Origin: Lama glama
Taxonomy: Eukaryota
Direction: 5' to 3'
Length of the DNA stretch: 64,000 nt
Assembly (NCBI GenBank): GCA_028534125.1
Contig: CM052816.1
Span: 90,894,001 to 90,958,000 of the forward strand
Each line of letters opens with the position of its first letter. The first letter of the stretch is position 1. The notes below the pieces were generated by a model. It did no database searches, had not been told where the DNA came from, and worked only from the letters and a program-made list of their open reading frames with translations. The translations under genes were made by a program, and so were the position numbers. This document shows positions 52,454 through 63,915 of the stretch, one piece after another.

Positions 52454-52602
52454 GGGGTTTGTTTTGCTATTGTTGTTCATTTTGTTGGGGGGGCAGATAA
52501 TTAGGTTTTTATTTAATTACTTATTTTTAATGGAGGTACTGGGGATTGAACCCCCTTGTGCATACTAGACATGAACTCTACAGCTGAGCTGTATCCTCCC
52601 CC
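52454..52602 (-). mobile_element. tRNA-Ala-derived SINE (Vic-1-like) with 10-bp TSD, next to the exon 16 acceptor
   Basis: Reverse-complement head aatggaggtactggggattgaaccc...ctgagctgtatcctccccc; tail ataattaggtttttattt; TSD TGTATTTGTT at 52444-52453 and 52603-52612. Confidence 0.88.
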
Positions 52603-52621
52603 TGTATTTGTTTTTTATTAG

Positions 52622-52690
52622 AATAACCACTTTTACGTGAAGCCCAGAGTTGCAGTCAACAATTTTGGAGTGAAACACTACGCTGGAGAG
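52622..52690 (+). CDS. MYO10: MYO10 coding exon 16 (69 nt): NNHFYVKPRVAVNNFGVKHYAGE
   Basis: ttttattag|AAT acceptor and GAG|gtaact donor; FGVKHYAG motif; phase 0/0. Confidence 0.96.
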
Positions 52691-52884
52691 GTAACTTCGT
52701 AATCAAGATCCTTGCTAATATTTGCCCATTTGATATTTAGAGAAATCATAATTTCAGAAGTCAATCATAAAAATGCTGAACTAATGCCTTTTCATGGTCC
52801 TGCCTTTTAAAGGAGTTGCTCATTGTCTGAAATGCTTTTTTTTTTTATCAGTTCTGCCTTCTCTCATTTATTTTCCAAAACCAG

Positions 52885-52967
52885 GTTCAGTATGATGTGC
52901 GGGGCATCTTGGAGAAGAACAGAGATACCTTCAGGGATGATCTTCTCAACTTGCTGAGAGAGAGCCG
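52885..52967 (+). CDS. MYO10: MYO10 coding exon 17 (83 nt): VQYDVRGILEKNRDTFRDDLLNLLRES(R)
   Basis: aaccag|GTT acceptor and CG|gtacgt donor; LEKNRD motif; phase 0/2. Confidence 0.96.
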
Positions 52968-53149
52968 GTACGTCAGTCTCCTCCTGGAGATGTCAAACTA
53001 ATATTTGTGCAAATGCTTTTAATTCACGAATGTAGGAAAAAAATTAATATGGAAGCAGCTGGGTTCATTATCTTCTTCCTCAGGCAATATTTCATCAATA
53101 AAATGACCTGAGAGATAAAAGCTGATACTAGTGGTAGTGACTACTATTT

Positions 53150-53305
53150 TATGAGGAACGGCAAATCCATGAGTTAGATACTTGTATTAATCCCATTACA
53201 CAGGTGAGAAAATGAAGACTTAGAGCAGTTAAGTGACTTGGCCAAGATCCCTCAGCTAGTTTTGATCTGGTCTGTTTAACTCAAGAACCTGAGATCTTAA
53301 CCAGT
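53150..53305 (-). mobile_element. MIR SINE
   Basis: cccattacacaggtgagaaaatgaagacttagagcagttaagtgacttggccaagatc. Confidence 0.75.
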
Positions 53306-55085
53306 ATCACCTACTTTCTTCAGTGCAAGCTTAGAGCTAGGTTTCAAACTGATCTCAGTCTTGGGTTTGTAGCACCCATGTGTCTGTAATGTTTGTGAGA
53401 GCTGTTGAGGGAGTTAAACAAGTACTGATTCAGCTAAAATTATAAATTACACGTTTATTTGTTTGTGAATTGAAAATCCACACTATTAAATGGATAATTA
53501 GGGAAAGCATGCAGAAACTTAACAGTGATTAGTTTAGCTATTTGTATGTTTTAAACCAGGAGGCTTTTTAGTTTTAGGAAGTTTTGTGAGCAAGAAAGAG
53601 GGGGAAACAGTCCTTGCCTTACAGTTTTCAATACTTGTTTCAGATCCAGCATGAATCGATCACAAATTTTTAATAGTTATTAAAAAACTGTAATACTTTC
53701 AGAAATGGAAGTACCAGGTGGCCACCCTGTCACTTGGAGAGCTGTGACCTGGGGCAAAGGGAACCCATCTGAAGTTTCAGCTTAGAACCATGGACTGGGC
53801 ATGCTCCATCTTCCAGCTTGTCTTAAATAACTCTCCTACCTGAGAATTCCCTATTTACAACTTTGTCAGCTACTTTTATTCTTCAGATGAGTTTTCAGAC
53901 CTGTTAAGATGGCGCTGTTTTTAAAACACCACATGTTATTCTCAAAGCAGATGAAAGTGGTACATTTAAGTCAAACCGGTGTCTTGAGGTTGAATGGAAG
54001 CATTTTGCTGTCGTGAAGACAGCCTGGAGACCAGTGAGATAGCGTTACACCGGCTGCCTTGGTCATCATGTCCGTTGGTTGTGAAACTGAGGTGAAGAAC
54101 ATTGTTCACAACATCCCCAGGTTTCTCTTTGCAGACAGAGAGGCTTGGGCTGTTCCCTGGCCCTGCTCCCTTCCCCCTTTGACGTCTGTGACAGTTTAAG
54201 TGGAACCACAGCTTTTCTCCCAAGTGCTCAGAGTGCAGAGAACATCAAAGAGGGAGAAGGAAAATGAGAACGGGCCGGGCGGGATGAGAGGTGACGGGAG
54301 GCATCGCCGCTTGGAGGATGGGCATGCCAGGCGGTCTCCCCGCCTTTCCTGGCCCCAGCAAAGCCACCACAGTCCCTGTGTTATAGCCCATAGCATCTTC
54401 TATGCAGGGAAGACTGAAAGACGTTCTTGAGAAGCCTTTTATTCTGTTAGCAGTGGCAATAGGTTTTACAGAAATTTTTAATAATAAGAGCAAGTAACAT
54501 CAGCATGTGGGAGGTACGGGGCATCACGCTCAGCCTTTTGCCTGCATTTCTTCATTTCCTTCTCCCCCTAGGATTACGGGATAAATCCTAAAATTGCCCC
54601 CATTTTCCAGATGAAAAACAGGACTAGAGGGTCAAGCATCCTAAGTTCCACAACTGGGACATGGAGGAGGCGGAATTTGGGCCTGATTGGCCTCGCTCTA
54701 CAGTTAGCACCTTTCCATCTGTTACCTGGTGGGATCCTGGCGACACTGAGATGCACAAGACAGACACCCGCCTTCTACAGGCGAGAAGCCGAGGCTGCAG
54801 AAGCTCCGGGAAGCCCAGCGGTCCTAGTGGCTTGTCACCTGGGGTCGCCTTTCTCCCGGTCCTCTTCTTTCTGCAACTCTAGTGCCCCGAAGGCCGCCCC
54901 ATCTGTTTTCTGTGCCCAAAGCCCGTTGGCAGTGGTTGGTTTGAAATCTTTGGAAGCTGTCTTAGCTCTTCCAGGCCTGGTGTATTGTTTTCAGTGGGGA
55001 AATGCGTTGCAATTGCAGTAATCCTGCACCTGATAATTGGGTGTGTGCCTCTCATGGTCCCTCTCCTCTCTGCTCACTCACACAG

Positions 55086-55194
55086 ATTTGACTTCATCTA
55101 CGACCTATTTGAACATGTTTCAAGCCGCAATAACCAGGATACCTTGAAATGTGGAAGCAAACATCGACGGCCCACAGTCAGCTCACAGTTCAAG
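55086..55194 (+). CDS. MYO10: MYO10 coding exon 18 (109 nt), loop 2: (R)FDFIYDLFEHVSSRNNQDTLKCGSKHRRPTVSSQFK
   Basis: cacacag|A acceptor and AAG|gtgagt donor; phase 2/0. Confidence 0.96.
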
Positions 55195-55962
55195 GTGAGT
55201 CTGCGCTGCTGGCCTGGAGGAATCAATCTTTGTTGTGATTTTAAGAATTGAAAATAGAAATCGGGTTTATGTGAGGTCTATGGAGGTGTATATTTAATTT
55301 TTTTCCTCTCCTTTTAAATCAGACAGTGCTTTAGAAGGAAAATATACTTTTTATTTCTGAGACAGGTAAAAAGATGTACTTTTTTTTTTGTCTTGTTAGA
55401 AATACATAGCTACTTATTTTAAGCTTATAAAATGGTAATTCTCAAGAAGGACTGTTGGGTCATTTGGAATTGCTCTGATTTGTATTTAAAGACTTGTGAA
55501 TATAAAGTATTTCTTCCAGTGTCTGAATTTTTAAAACTTTTCTCATGTATGTTTACAGTATCATAACCAAGTGCATGGTTAAATCAGATCAGTGTCAGTT
55601 ACCTTGTCCAGATGTCCAAAATTCAGGGAAAATATGAGGACTATTCTTATTTGCATTTGAAATATGTGAACATTTTAGAAAGTTTAGAGGTAGAGCATAT
55701 GAAAACGACTTCACTAACTGACTTGTTCCGTTCTACCCCCAAATCCTAACATAATGGGCAATGGAGGAGTGTCAGTGGACACTTATTGATCTGCCCTCTG
55801 GGAGGCTCTCTTTCATTGAGTTACTCAGTGTTGGCTGCATTGGAGGTGGGGCTTCTGTGTGAGGTCTGTTGGACTGGTTGGCGATGAACCAGCCCCACAC
55901 CCCACCACTGCTGACCTGGTGGCTCGTGTGGTAGGAAGGGCAGCTTTGACCCAGACGGGGTA

Positions 55963-56203
55963 TGATAACAGCTGCCATTTCCTATGCACTCACCATGAGC
56001 TAGTCACTGGGCTGATCACTTTATATACATTATCTCTTTCACTTCTCCCATAACCTTAGAAGTATATATTATTGTCCCCATTTTATACATGAGGAAGCTG
56101 AGGTTTAGAGAAATGCAGACTTGCTCAGTCCCTCTAAGGACTGGAGCTAGGATTTGAATTGAACCCAGGTCTGTCTGACTCTAAACCCTCGGCCCTTAAT
56201 CAT
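55963..56203 (-). mobile_element. MIR SINE, near full length
   Basis: ataacagctgccattt...tccccattttatacatgaggaagctgaggtttagaga...gaacccaggtctgtctgactctaaa. Confidence 0.85.
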
Positions 56204-56429
56204 CCAGTAGAGGGTTGCGTTGTCTGTTTCTGGGTCAGTGTGGCCTGGAGTTGTCCTCGGAGGTTTTGTGGATGTTTGGGACTGGAAGTGGACCAGGAAG
56301 CAAGGAGATGGGAAAGGGGCAGGAGGCGGAGTCCTGAATCGGGAGCATGAGTCCTGTCCCTGAATAGACGGGGGCCGGCTGACGGGACACCTTGTATGAA
56401 CTGAAATGGGTCCCAGAATATGAAGGGTC

Positions 56430-57180
56430 ATGAATTCCAGGACATTTTGTCATCTGAGAGATCCTAAAGCTTCCTAAACAGAGAAGTAACTAATCAGTGT
56501 AGTACTGAAGACAACCTCATTTCTTCAGCAACAAAACTGTAAGAAGGAAAAAAGAGAAAGATGGAGATGGAGGGAAAACCAGGGAATTAAGAGAGACTTA
56601 AAAGTGGGGGGGGAGTTAGCTAAGTGGTAGAGCACATGCTTAGCATTCACGAGGCCCTGGGTTCAATCCCCAGTACCTCCACTAAAAGTAAATAAATAAA
56701 CCTAATTACCCACTCGCCCCCCAAAAAAACAAAAACAAGAGAGACTTAGAAGACATATCAACCCACTGCACTACCTAGACCTTACTTGCAATCTGATTTC
56801 AAAGAAGCAGCCATTGACAGATCGTGAAATTTGAGACGGTGGAGTATTTTAATAAGAAACGGGATAGTTGCACCTTTTCATGTTGATACTAAGAAATTCA
56901 TGTTAAATCTTTTTAGGAAAGATATTGTGGTTACCTATGTGTGCTTTAAAGTCTTTAGACTTTGATAATACATACTGAAAAATTGAGGGATGAAGTAATA
57001 CTACGTCTGGGATTTGCTTTTCTGCAAAAAGAGGGCGTGGTCTGTACAGGGACAGAGATCAGATGAAATGAGGTTAGCCGGGGGCTGATGCTGATGCTGG
57101 CTCCTCATTACATGCTCAGTCTGCTTTGGTAAATGTTAAAAATTCTTCACAATTAAAAACAAGTTAAAAAAAACAAATGA
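56430..57180 (+). mobile_element. Old L1M (L1MC/MD/ME-like) 3' fragment hosting a nested SINE
   Basis: aagagagacttagaagacatatcaacc...gaccttacttgcaatctgatt...catactgaaaaatt...gtctgggatttgctt followed by an A-rich end. Confidence 0.65.
56605..56736 (+). mobile_element. tRNA-Ala-derived SINE (Vic-1-like), full length with TSD
   Basis: ggggggggagttagctaagtggtagagcacatgcttagcattcacgaggccctgggttcaatccccagtacctcca...aataaataaacctaattacc...ccccccaaaaaaac; TSD AAGAGAGACTTA at 56589-56600 and 56737-56748. Confidence 0.92.
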
Positions 57181-57648
57181 GACAGCAGTATGGTGGAAGA
57201 TTAAGCTGCCTGGTGGTTTGAAGATGGTGAGTGAGAGATGGTGGCTCAAAAACCAGTGAAGTACTGGTATAAACTGTCATTTTGATGGAAATAATTAGGA
57301 AGAACAACAACTCTGGTGGGAGAATGGATGCTTCTCAGGTTTTCTGTACTAAACACTGAAATATCCCAGGGTGGTTGTTTTTTTTTTGCTGGTTAACAGA
57401 ATAGTTTTGTTTTTTTAAGGGTACTGTGTCAAGGAATTAAGTGAGTTTTGTGTATGTGAAATAGCTTCTGTGACAATGATGATACCTTTAGTTTATATTA
57501 GAATGACAGGATTAAAAATAAAATCTCTATTATTCCTCAGATTTGTGTTGTTTTCTTTTTGCTTGTTTCTGATAAGTGCTTAGGGTGCCGAGAAATTTAA
57601 AGACATCATAAGAGACTAAATCAACATACACTTTTTCCTTTCTAATAG

Positions 57649-57729
57649 GACTCCCTTCATTCCTTGATGGCAACGCTAAGCTCCTCTAATCCTTTCTTTG
57701 TTCGCTGTATCAAGCCAAACATGCAGAAG
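57649..57729 (+). CDS. MYO10: MYO10 coding exon 19 (81 nt): DSLHSLMATLSSSNPFFVRCIKPNMQK
   Basis: tctaatag|GAC acceptor and AAG|gtaaga donor; FVRCIKPN motif; phase 0/0. Confidence 0.97.
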
Positions 57730-60700
57730 GTAAGATGTACTGCAGTTCTAGACTCAGGCTGTGTCTTTGGGGACACTGTCTCCTGAGCTAGTTGCTCACA
57801 GATTTGGCTTCTCCAAAATCCTTGCGTTATAGGTGGTTGGAAATGTATATGACATTATTATAGTGTAACATTCAGTGGGAAAGAATCCCTTTGTCTTTTG
57901 AGCCTACTTGTCTGATTTTGAATGATGCCATTCCATGTTAGAAAAATCTATTTTAAAAGGAAACATTGTGAAACCTTTGCTTTTTTTTTTTTTTTTCTTT
58001 CCTTAAGTATTGGTTTGAAATCTTGGGCAGGCTCCAGAATGTGCTATCTACCTTTTTAGAAGAAATGGTTGGTGTGCTTTTTCTTGTGGTTGATTTTTTT
58101 TTCATTTTCTTTTCTTTTGCTTTATTGTTAAACATGACAAAGAGTCTGTATTTTAAGAGGTAATAATGGCTTTTAAGGACTTGGGTGAGCTGATGGTAAC
58201 CAATTAGAAGGCTCCTGTCATCGCAAGTTCTTGTGTCTACGCTCTTGTTCTAGCTCTTGAATGCCGTATCCGGATCAGAAACAATGTGATTTTATATGTT
58301 TTATAATATTTATTCTTCTCAACAAAGAAAATGGAGTGTGAGATATAGGTAGCTGCTGAATCTAATGCTAAATGGGCAGCTTGTCTTGAAGTGCTGTTAA
58401 TTTTAGTTTTTTTATCATGATTTGGCCAACATCTGCTCTCAGTAATCCCTATGAAGAGCAGAAAAGTCCCCACAAGGTAGGAATATCAAGAGCCCCTCGT
58501 GTGGAAGAACTGGAAGCCGTCCTCATAAGGATTCAGATAAAGGAACCTGACCTCATGTGATGTTTGGTGATGCTGCGGTCGAAACCTTTGCCGATGCTAG
58601 ATCTTATTTTCGTTTTGCTCACCAATTCCCTTTGACTTTATTATTACAACGATTCCTCATTTGTAGTTTAAGGTGTTTATTTGTAAGAATCACAATTTTG
58701 AATTCTGTCTTCTTGGAAGGCAAAACTGCATTGAGTGGAGGATTTTCCATTCAGTTGGTTGCCTTGCTCTGAGGTGTGCAGGTGAGAATTTGGCATATGG
58801 CTGAGACTACAGAAGATCTGTGATGACTTAATGTGCATCAGTTCTGTAGTTTCAATAGTAACTCATCTTTCCCTTTTTTCAGATTTTTAGTAAAATGTTT
58901 CAGGTTATCACCAAAAAAGGCAACTTAACAATACATAGTTTTGTTTTGGTTTTTTTTTGACATAACGTAGGAAATTAACAGTTAAAACAATACCATGTCC
59001 CACATCAGCTGGTTTATATCCACCTGCCGTGCTTTATAAAACCACACTGGGCGGTATGGACAAGATAAATACATGGGCTCTGCAATTTGAGTCCCCACTC
59101 ATAGGAGCTGCTTAATGTGCATGTTTTTCCCCAGTTGAAGGTCTTCGGCATTGAGATGCATCTTACAGCTTTTGGCAAACCACAGTTTAATTGGGAGCTT
59201 TTCCTCACTTCTTAGTGGTGTAATAATTGTGCAGTTTTACAGCCGTTGGCATCTTATATTCAATGAAATAGCGGGGGCGGGGGTGTCACCTGCCAAGCCA
59301 GAGCTTATTTATAAGGATAGAATTTTTAATTTTAAAAACTCAGTCCTCCGTGTGTATTTTTTCTTTCTTGGGTGACATTGAGTTTATTTTCCCTTTAAAT
59401 TGCCGTCACTTTTGAAGTGAGGCCTATGTGAAAACACAGAACATTGAAGAAATTACCTCTTTTTGATGTTTATTTTTCCTTGCTGGGATTTGATTGTGCC
59501 TAATTGCTTTGGTGTTGGCATTTTAAAAAATGAGCCGACCCAACCTCAAGGTTCCATTTCTCTTGGCTCATAGCCCTTGCCACCTCCTGACCAGTGTCAG
59601 GCACTAATAACACCATGAGATGGGCCATAGAAGACTTTGAAAAAACATCTCGGTAGCCTTTAAAGACACCTGGCAAGTCAGACATGAGAACCAACTTGTC
59701 TGAGGCCTAAGATGTAGGTGTGACAGTAAGTGTGAAGGAGCTAATTAGGCTGTGGAAATAGAAAATTATGACTCACTTAGCATTCATTTGGTTCCACTGA
59801 AAACACTGGAGTGTTACTGGTGATAGTATAGGAAGTGTATGCAAACAACCCTCATTTGGAGTTCCTTACGAATTTTCTTTTGTCCAGAGATAGATGCTTC
59901 TGGGAATTTCACAGGGAAGGTCTTGCTTGCCTTTGCCCAGGGATGGGGAAGGTGTATTTCCAGCCTGGAAGGGTGAGGCCATCTCCCCTTACTGCATACC
60001 TTTCCCATATCAGATGTTTATTATGGGAGCTTGAGAAGGTGCATTGAATACAAGTAGATGGAGGCATTTTGTGCATCATTCAGGAACATGGGTCGTGGAT
60101 TTGGGCAGATTCTAGAGGTTTCTTTTGGCAGTTCTGTGCCCAGAAAGGAATCGGAACAATGGCTGTACAGTCTGTGGCCTGAACAACTAAGGCCTTAGAA
60201 AAAGCAGAGCAGCTGTTCGGTGCTTTTAGGAGCCTACGCGGCACATCCCGGGCTCCCATGGTGGCCCGGCGAGCGTGCCCACGCAGCCCTATGGGCCCCA
60301 GGCTTATGTAGCACAGGCTGACTCCTTTCCTTTGGCAAGTGTGTGAAGCTCAGGATAGGCACCTGGGCCCAAAGCATTTAGAAATCCTTTTGTGGGAATC
60401 TTACGGGGCTTTGTTATTTGGGATTTTTATGTTTTGAAAAGCTGGTGGATGTAACTGAAATGCTGAAACAGCTAGATCAGTTCAACTATAATCATATGTG
60501 GGTTTTTTTTTCCTTTTGTGAATGACTTGTAACTAATCTTGCGTGTTGCATAGAAGACATTTCATTAGCATTGCTGAGAAATCCTCCTGGCGCTGAGTTA
60601 TGAAGGGAATAAAAGCATAGCTCTTGGAAGGGGCTAGTCTGAGCCAGCGCTTTGCCTCAGGTACCACGGAGGGATGTACTTCTCCGAGTTCTCGGTTTAC

Positions 60701-63639
60701 AAAGGGCAGAATTCTCTATCAGACGTGCTGAGTTGGTGGTGTGGCCCCTTGGCTTCGTCCTAGTGTGATTTGCTCAGGCAGTGGTAGTTGCTTTCCAGGA
60801 GTGCCCAGACCAACCCCAGGAGATTCCTGTATCAAAGAAAACCTGCTTCACCTCATTAGAATTTCTCCCCAAGGGTGTCCCGTGGCCCGGATCCTTGCCT
60901 TCCCTCCCTGCCTGGTGTTTTAAATACGTTCTTGTCAGAAAAGTCGGTCATTAACATTCCTCAGAAAAACCCTGAGGGAGGTGCGGGACAGAATTAAAAA
61001 AGGAAACAGATGGTAAATATCAGGACACCCTTCCCTTCCCGGGTGTGAGAACTGGTTGTCTGTGGTTCTCAGCCCCTAACGTGAGGCCAGGCCCACCTCC
61101 TACAGAAGCTGCAGGAAATGTATTTCCTACCTTGAATTTTTTGTCCTGTTTTGTTCTTCCTGAATCTTTTCCCGTCTCATTTTCTTCACCTTATTTTTCA
61201 GGAGCCTTACTGAACTTGATCCCAGCGACCCTTTACATTTCTCTTTAGGCTTTGGTTTCTCTACGCTGATCCCATTTTCTGAATAAAGTAATTCCACAAA
61301 CATGGGTGACCTTGACCTTGGCCAAGTACAACCTTGATGGGCCTGCCTCTTCCATCTTTGCGCCCTGCTGCGTAGCTCAGCGTCCAGGCTGTCCCATGTG
61401 CTCAGTAAATGTCGAATTGAACTGCTCATCAAGGAACACTGTGATGTTTATGGTGTGTGCGTGCTTGACTTTGCCAAAAATGGAGACTTAAGTGCTGTCT
61501 TTAATTCTGCTACAGGTTCCATCCTAGTTGGTTTGTTTTACTTTTGGCCTGTTTTTCGCTTCTGGATCACCTTCAGTTTGCCTAGTTGGAGAAGTTACCC
61601 TCGGGATACACCAATAGGTCAATATTAGGATGATGTCCTTACTATGATCCAGTCTTTCTGTGTTGATGCGTTACTTCTCTTGGTCTCCCTCTCCCAGCTG
61701 ACCCCCTCAGACACGGCCCCCGTAGGGTTCAGAGCCCTTTGGGCACAGCCAAGCACAGCACCAGAGGCTTGTTCATAAACAATGCGAGTCTGGCAAGGCG
61801 CTTCATACTCCAACACTCAGACCTCTAAATGGGGTCCCCCTAAGGTGTGTGTTCCCTGCCATGATTGGGCAAGGAGGTTTGGATGTGCAAATCCACCAGA
61901 TAGCAAGGGTTTAAACTGAAAGGCTGAAAAAATGGATTTTAGCATTTCAATTGAACTTTTTTGGAATTACACATCATTGGGTCCAGACGTCTATTTTGTT
62001 GAATCGATGACTTCCCTGGTTGTAAAGACACCGTTATTTATGTATCACTGTGAAGCAGCACTGCCTGCTTAGCCAGAACACCATGCTGTCCTGTCACCAG
62101 GCGCTTGCTTTTTGCTTTGCAAGAGGTATGAAATGGTTGTCATTCTTCCACCACAAGTACTTGCTTCACTGATAACTCAGTGACACCTTGGCACTCTGCT
62201 TCCAGGTCTTTCTGCGGGTGAAATGACTTTCTGTTCCACTGACAAATCTAGAGAGAAGCAGTTAGACCACATTTAAAGCAGTGCGAGGAGTTCCAATAGT
62301 GCCTGTGATTTTCAAAGACAGTGAAAAGCTGTGATGAAATTCGTGTCCATCCAGGTATGGAATTATGTCATGGTGGCTGTTCGGACGTCAGTGAGCCACA
62401 GACACATCCGATTTCAGGCATATTGAGAGGGGAATGTATTTGCATTAAGAATTGGTGAAATGTGGTCTGTTTATCCCCTTTAAATGAGACACGACACGGA
62501 TCATCCTCCCTTTTCCTAAATAATCCTGAGGGACAGAGAATTGACTCTTTCCTTGCACCTTAAGGCAGAGTGTTTTTTTTTAAGCTTTTACTATTTATGG
62601 GAAAGGTCTTAATCATACTAAACGAAATCTGCATTTCTGCATCTTCCATTCGCTGGTTTTCATCCCATCATTTGAGATTAAAGTGAAATGTCAGATACTC
62701 ACTCAGAGTGTGTCAAATATTTTTTAAACTCTTAATAAGAATCCATTTCTCTGCTCTAGTAAACAGCCTCCTGTGCAAAATTGTATCTCGGAAATTTTCC
62801 ATCACACATCAGCACATTAAGCTGCAGTATCTCCAGTCTCCTGCGGGCAGCTGGGTTTGGTAGAGTATCACCTTATTACTGACTATGCTCATCTCATTCA
62901 TGTTTCTTTTTTTCTTTTTTCCTGCTGCTTTCTCTGCAGCTGATTTCCCACAGCTGCATTTCCCACTGCCCCACCTGCCCCCTGCTGCCCTCTGCACATT
63001 CTCAGGGTTGCCTGTGGAGCTGTGGTTAACTAAGTCATTCGTTCGTGCCCCACGCCAAGGGCACAGGCAGCTCTGCTCCACGCCGGCTGAGACATGGGGT
63101 GCAGGGTGCCCTAGTCTGGCGCATCCTGAGACGCTGGGGTCCTGCTGGTGTGGGAGGGCTGTTGCGCGGCCACCCAGGTGCAGGGCCAGTAAAACAATGG
63201 CCTGAGTTGGAAATAGATCAAAGGTGTGTGCCATGGTGTCTGTCCAGCCTCTTGTCACTCAACAGTCCTGTGACCTTGGGATCAGTTCCAACTCCCTAAA
63301 GTGTTTGAAGTGACAGTGCCTGCTTAGGGGAGCAGTTGTAGGTCTTAAAGGAGGTGACATGGGCATGGACCAGCCACACTTCACTATATGAAATACTCCA
63401 TACTTGCACGATGTGTTTGGGGCAGAAAATAGGCCTACTTCATCCTCACAGTTTAACTCCCAATTTAAGCTGAATCACAGGAAAATCTTTATAAGACTGT
63501 TACCAGAGCTTTTCCTTTTTGAGTTGAATTTTAAATCAGATACCTTTAGCGATTTGTTGTAACTAGCTGTTGCTGCTTTTTTTTTTAATTTCCTTTAGTC
63601 TTTGACATGGATATGGGATGAACAGCTTTATGTCAATTT

Positions 63640-63725
63640 TTTTATATTAACAGACTTAATTTTTTAGAATACTTTAAAATTTAGAAAAAATTTCAGCAGA
63701 GAGTTCTCGTGTCACTCTCGCCTCC

Positions 63726-63782
<57 letters not shown>

Positions 63783-63915
63783 TCCCCTGTTATTAACACC
63801 TTGCATTATGTGGTACATTTGGTATCATTAGTGAACCAATACTGATCCATTATTATTAAAATCCAAAGTTACCATGAAGGGTCCGTGTGTCCTAAGAGTC
63901 TGTGAGTTTTGATAA
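63640..63915 (-). mobile_element. Old L1M 3' fragment containing an (AC)n
   Basis: cagacttaatttttagaa...agagagttctc...ttcccctgttattaacaccttgcatta...tgaaccaatactgatccattattattaa. Confidence 0.7.
63727..63778. repeat. (AC)26 microsatellite
   Basis: Perfect dinucleotide run. Confidence 0.97.

Larger units (their letters stand above)
19160..57729 (+). other. MYO10: MYO10 gene, partial span (coding exons 3-19, motor domain); gene extends beyond both window edges
   Basis: Spliced translation gives a class X myosin motor: [107 protein letters not shown]. Splice phases are consistent except across the N gap. Confidence 0.97.

Noticed and set aside
52591..52597. Second GTATCCT (U12-like donor)
   Set aside because: Lies in the antisense SINE head, continues CCC rather than TT, and no exon ends there.
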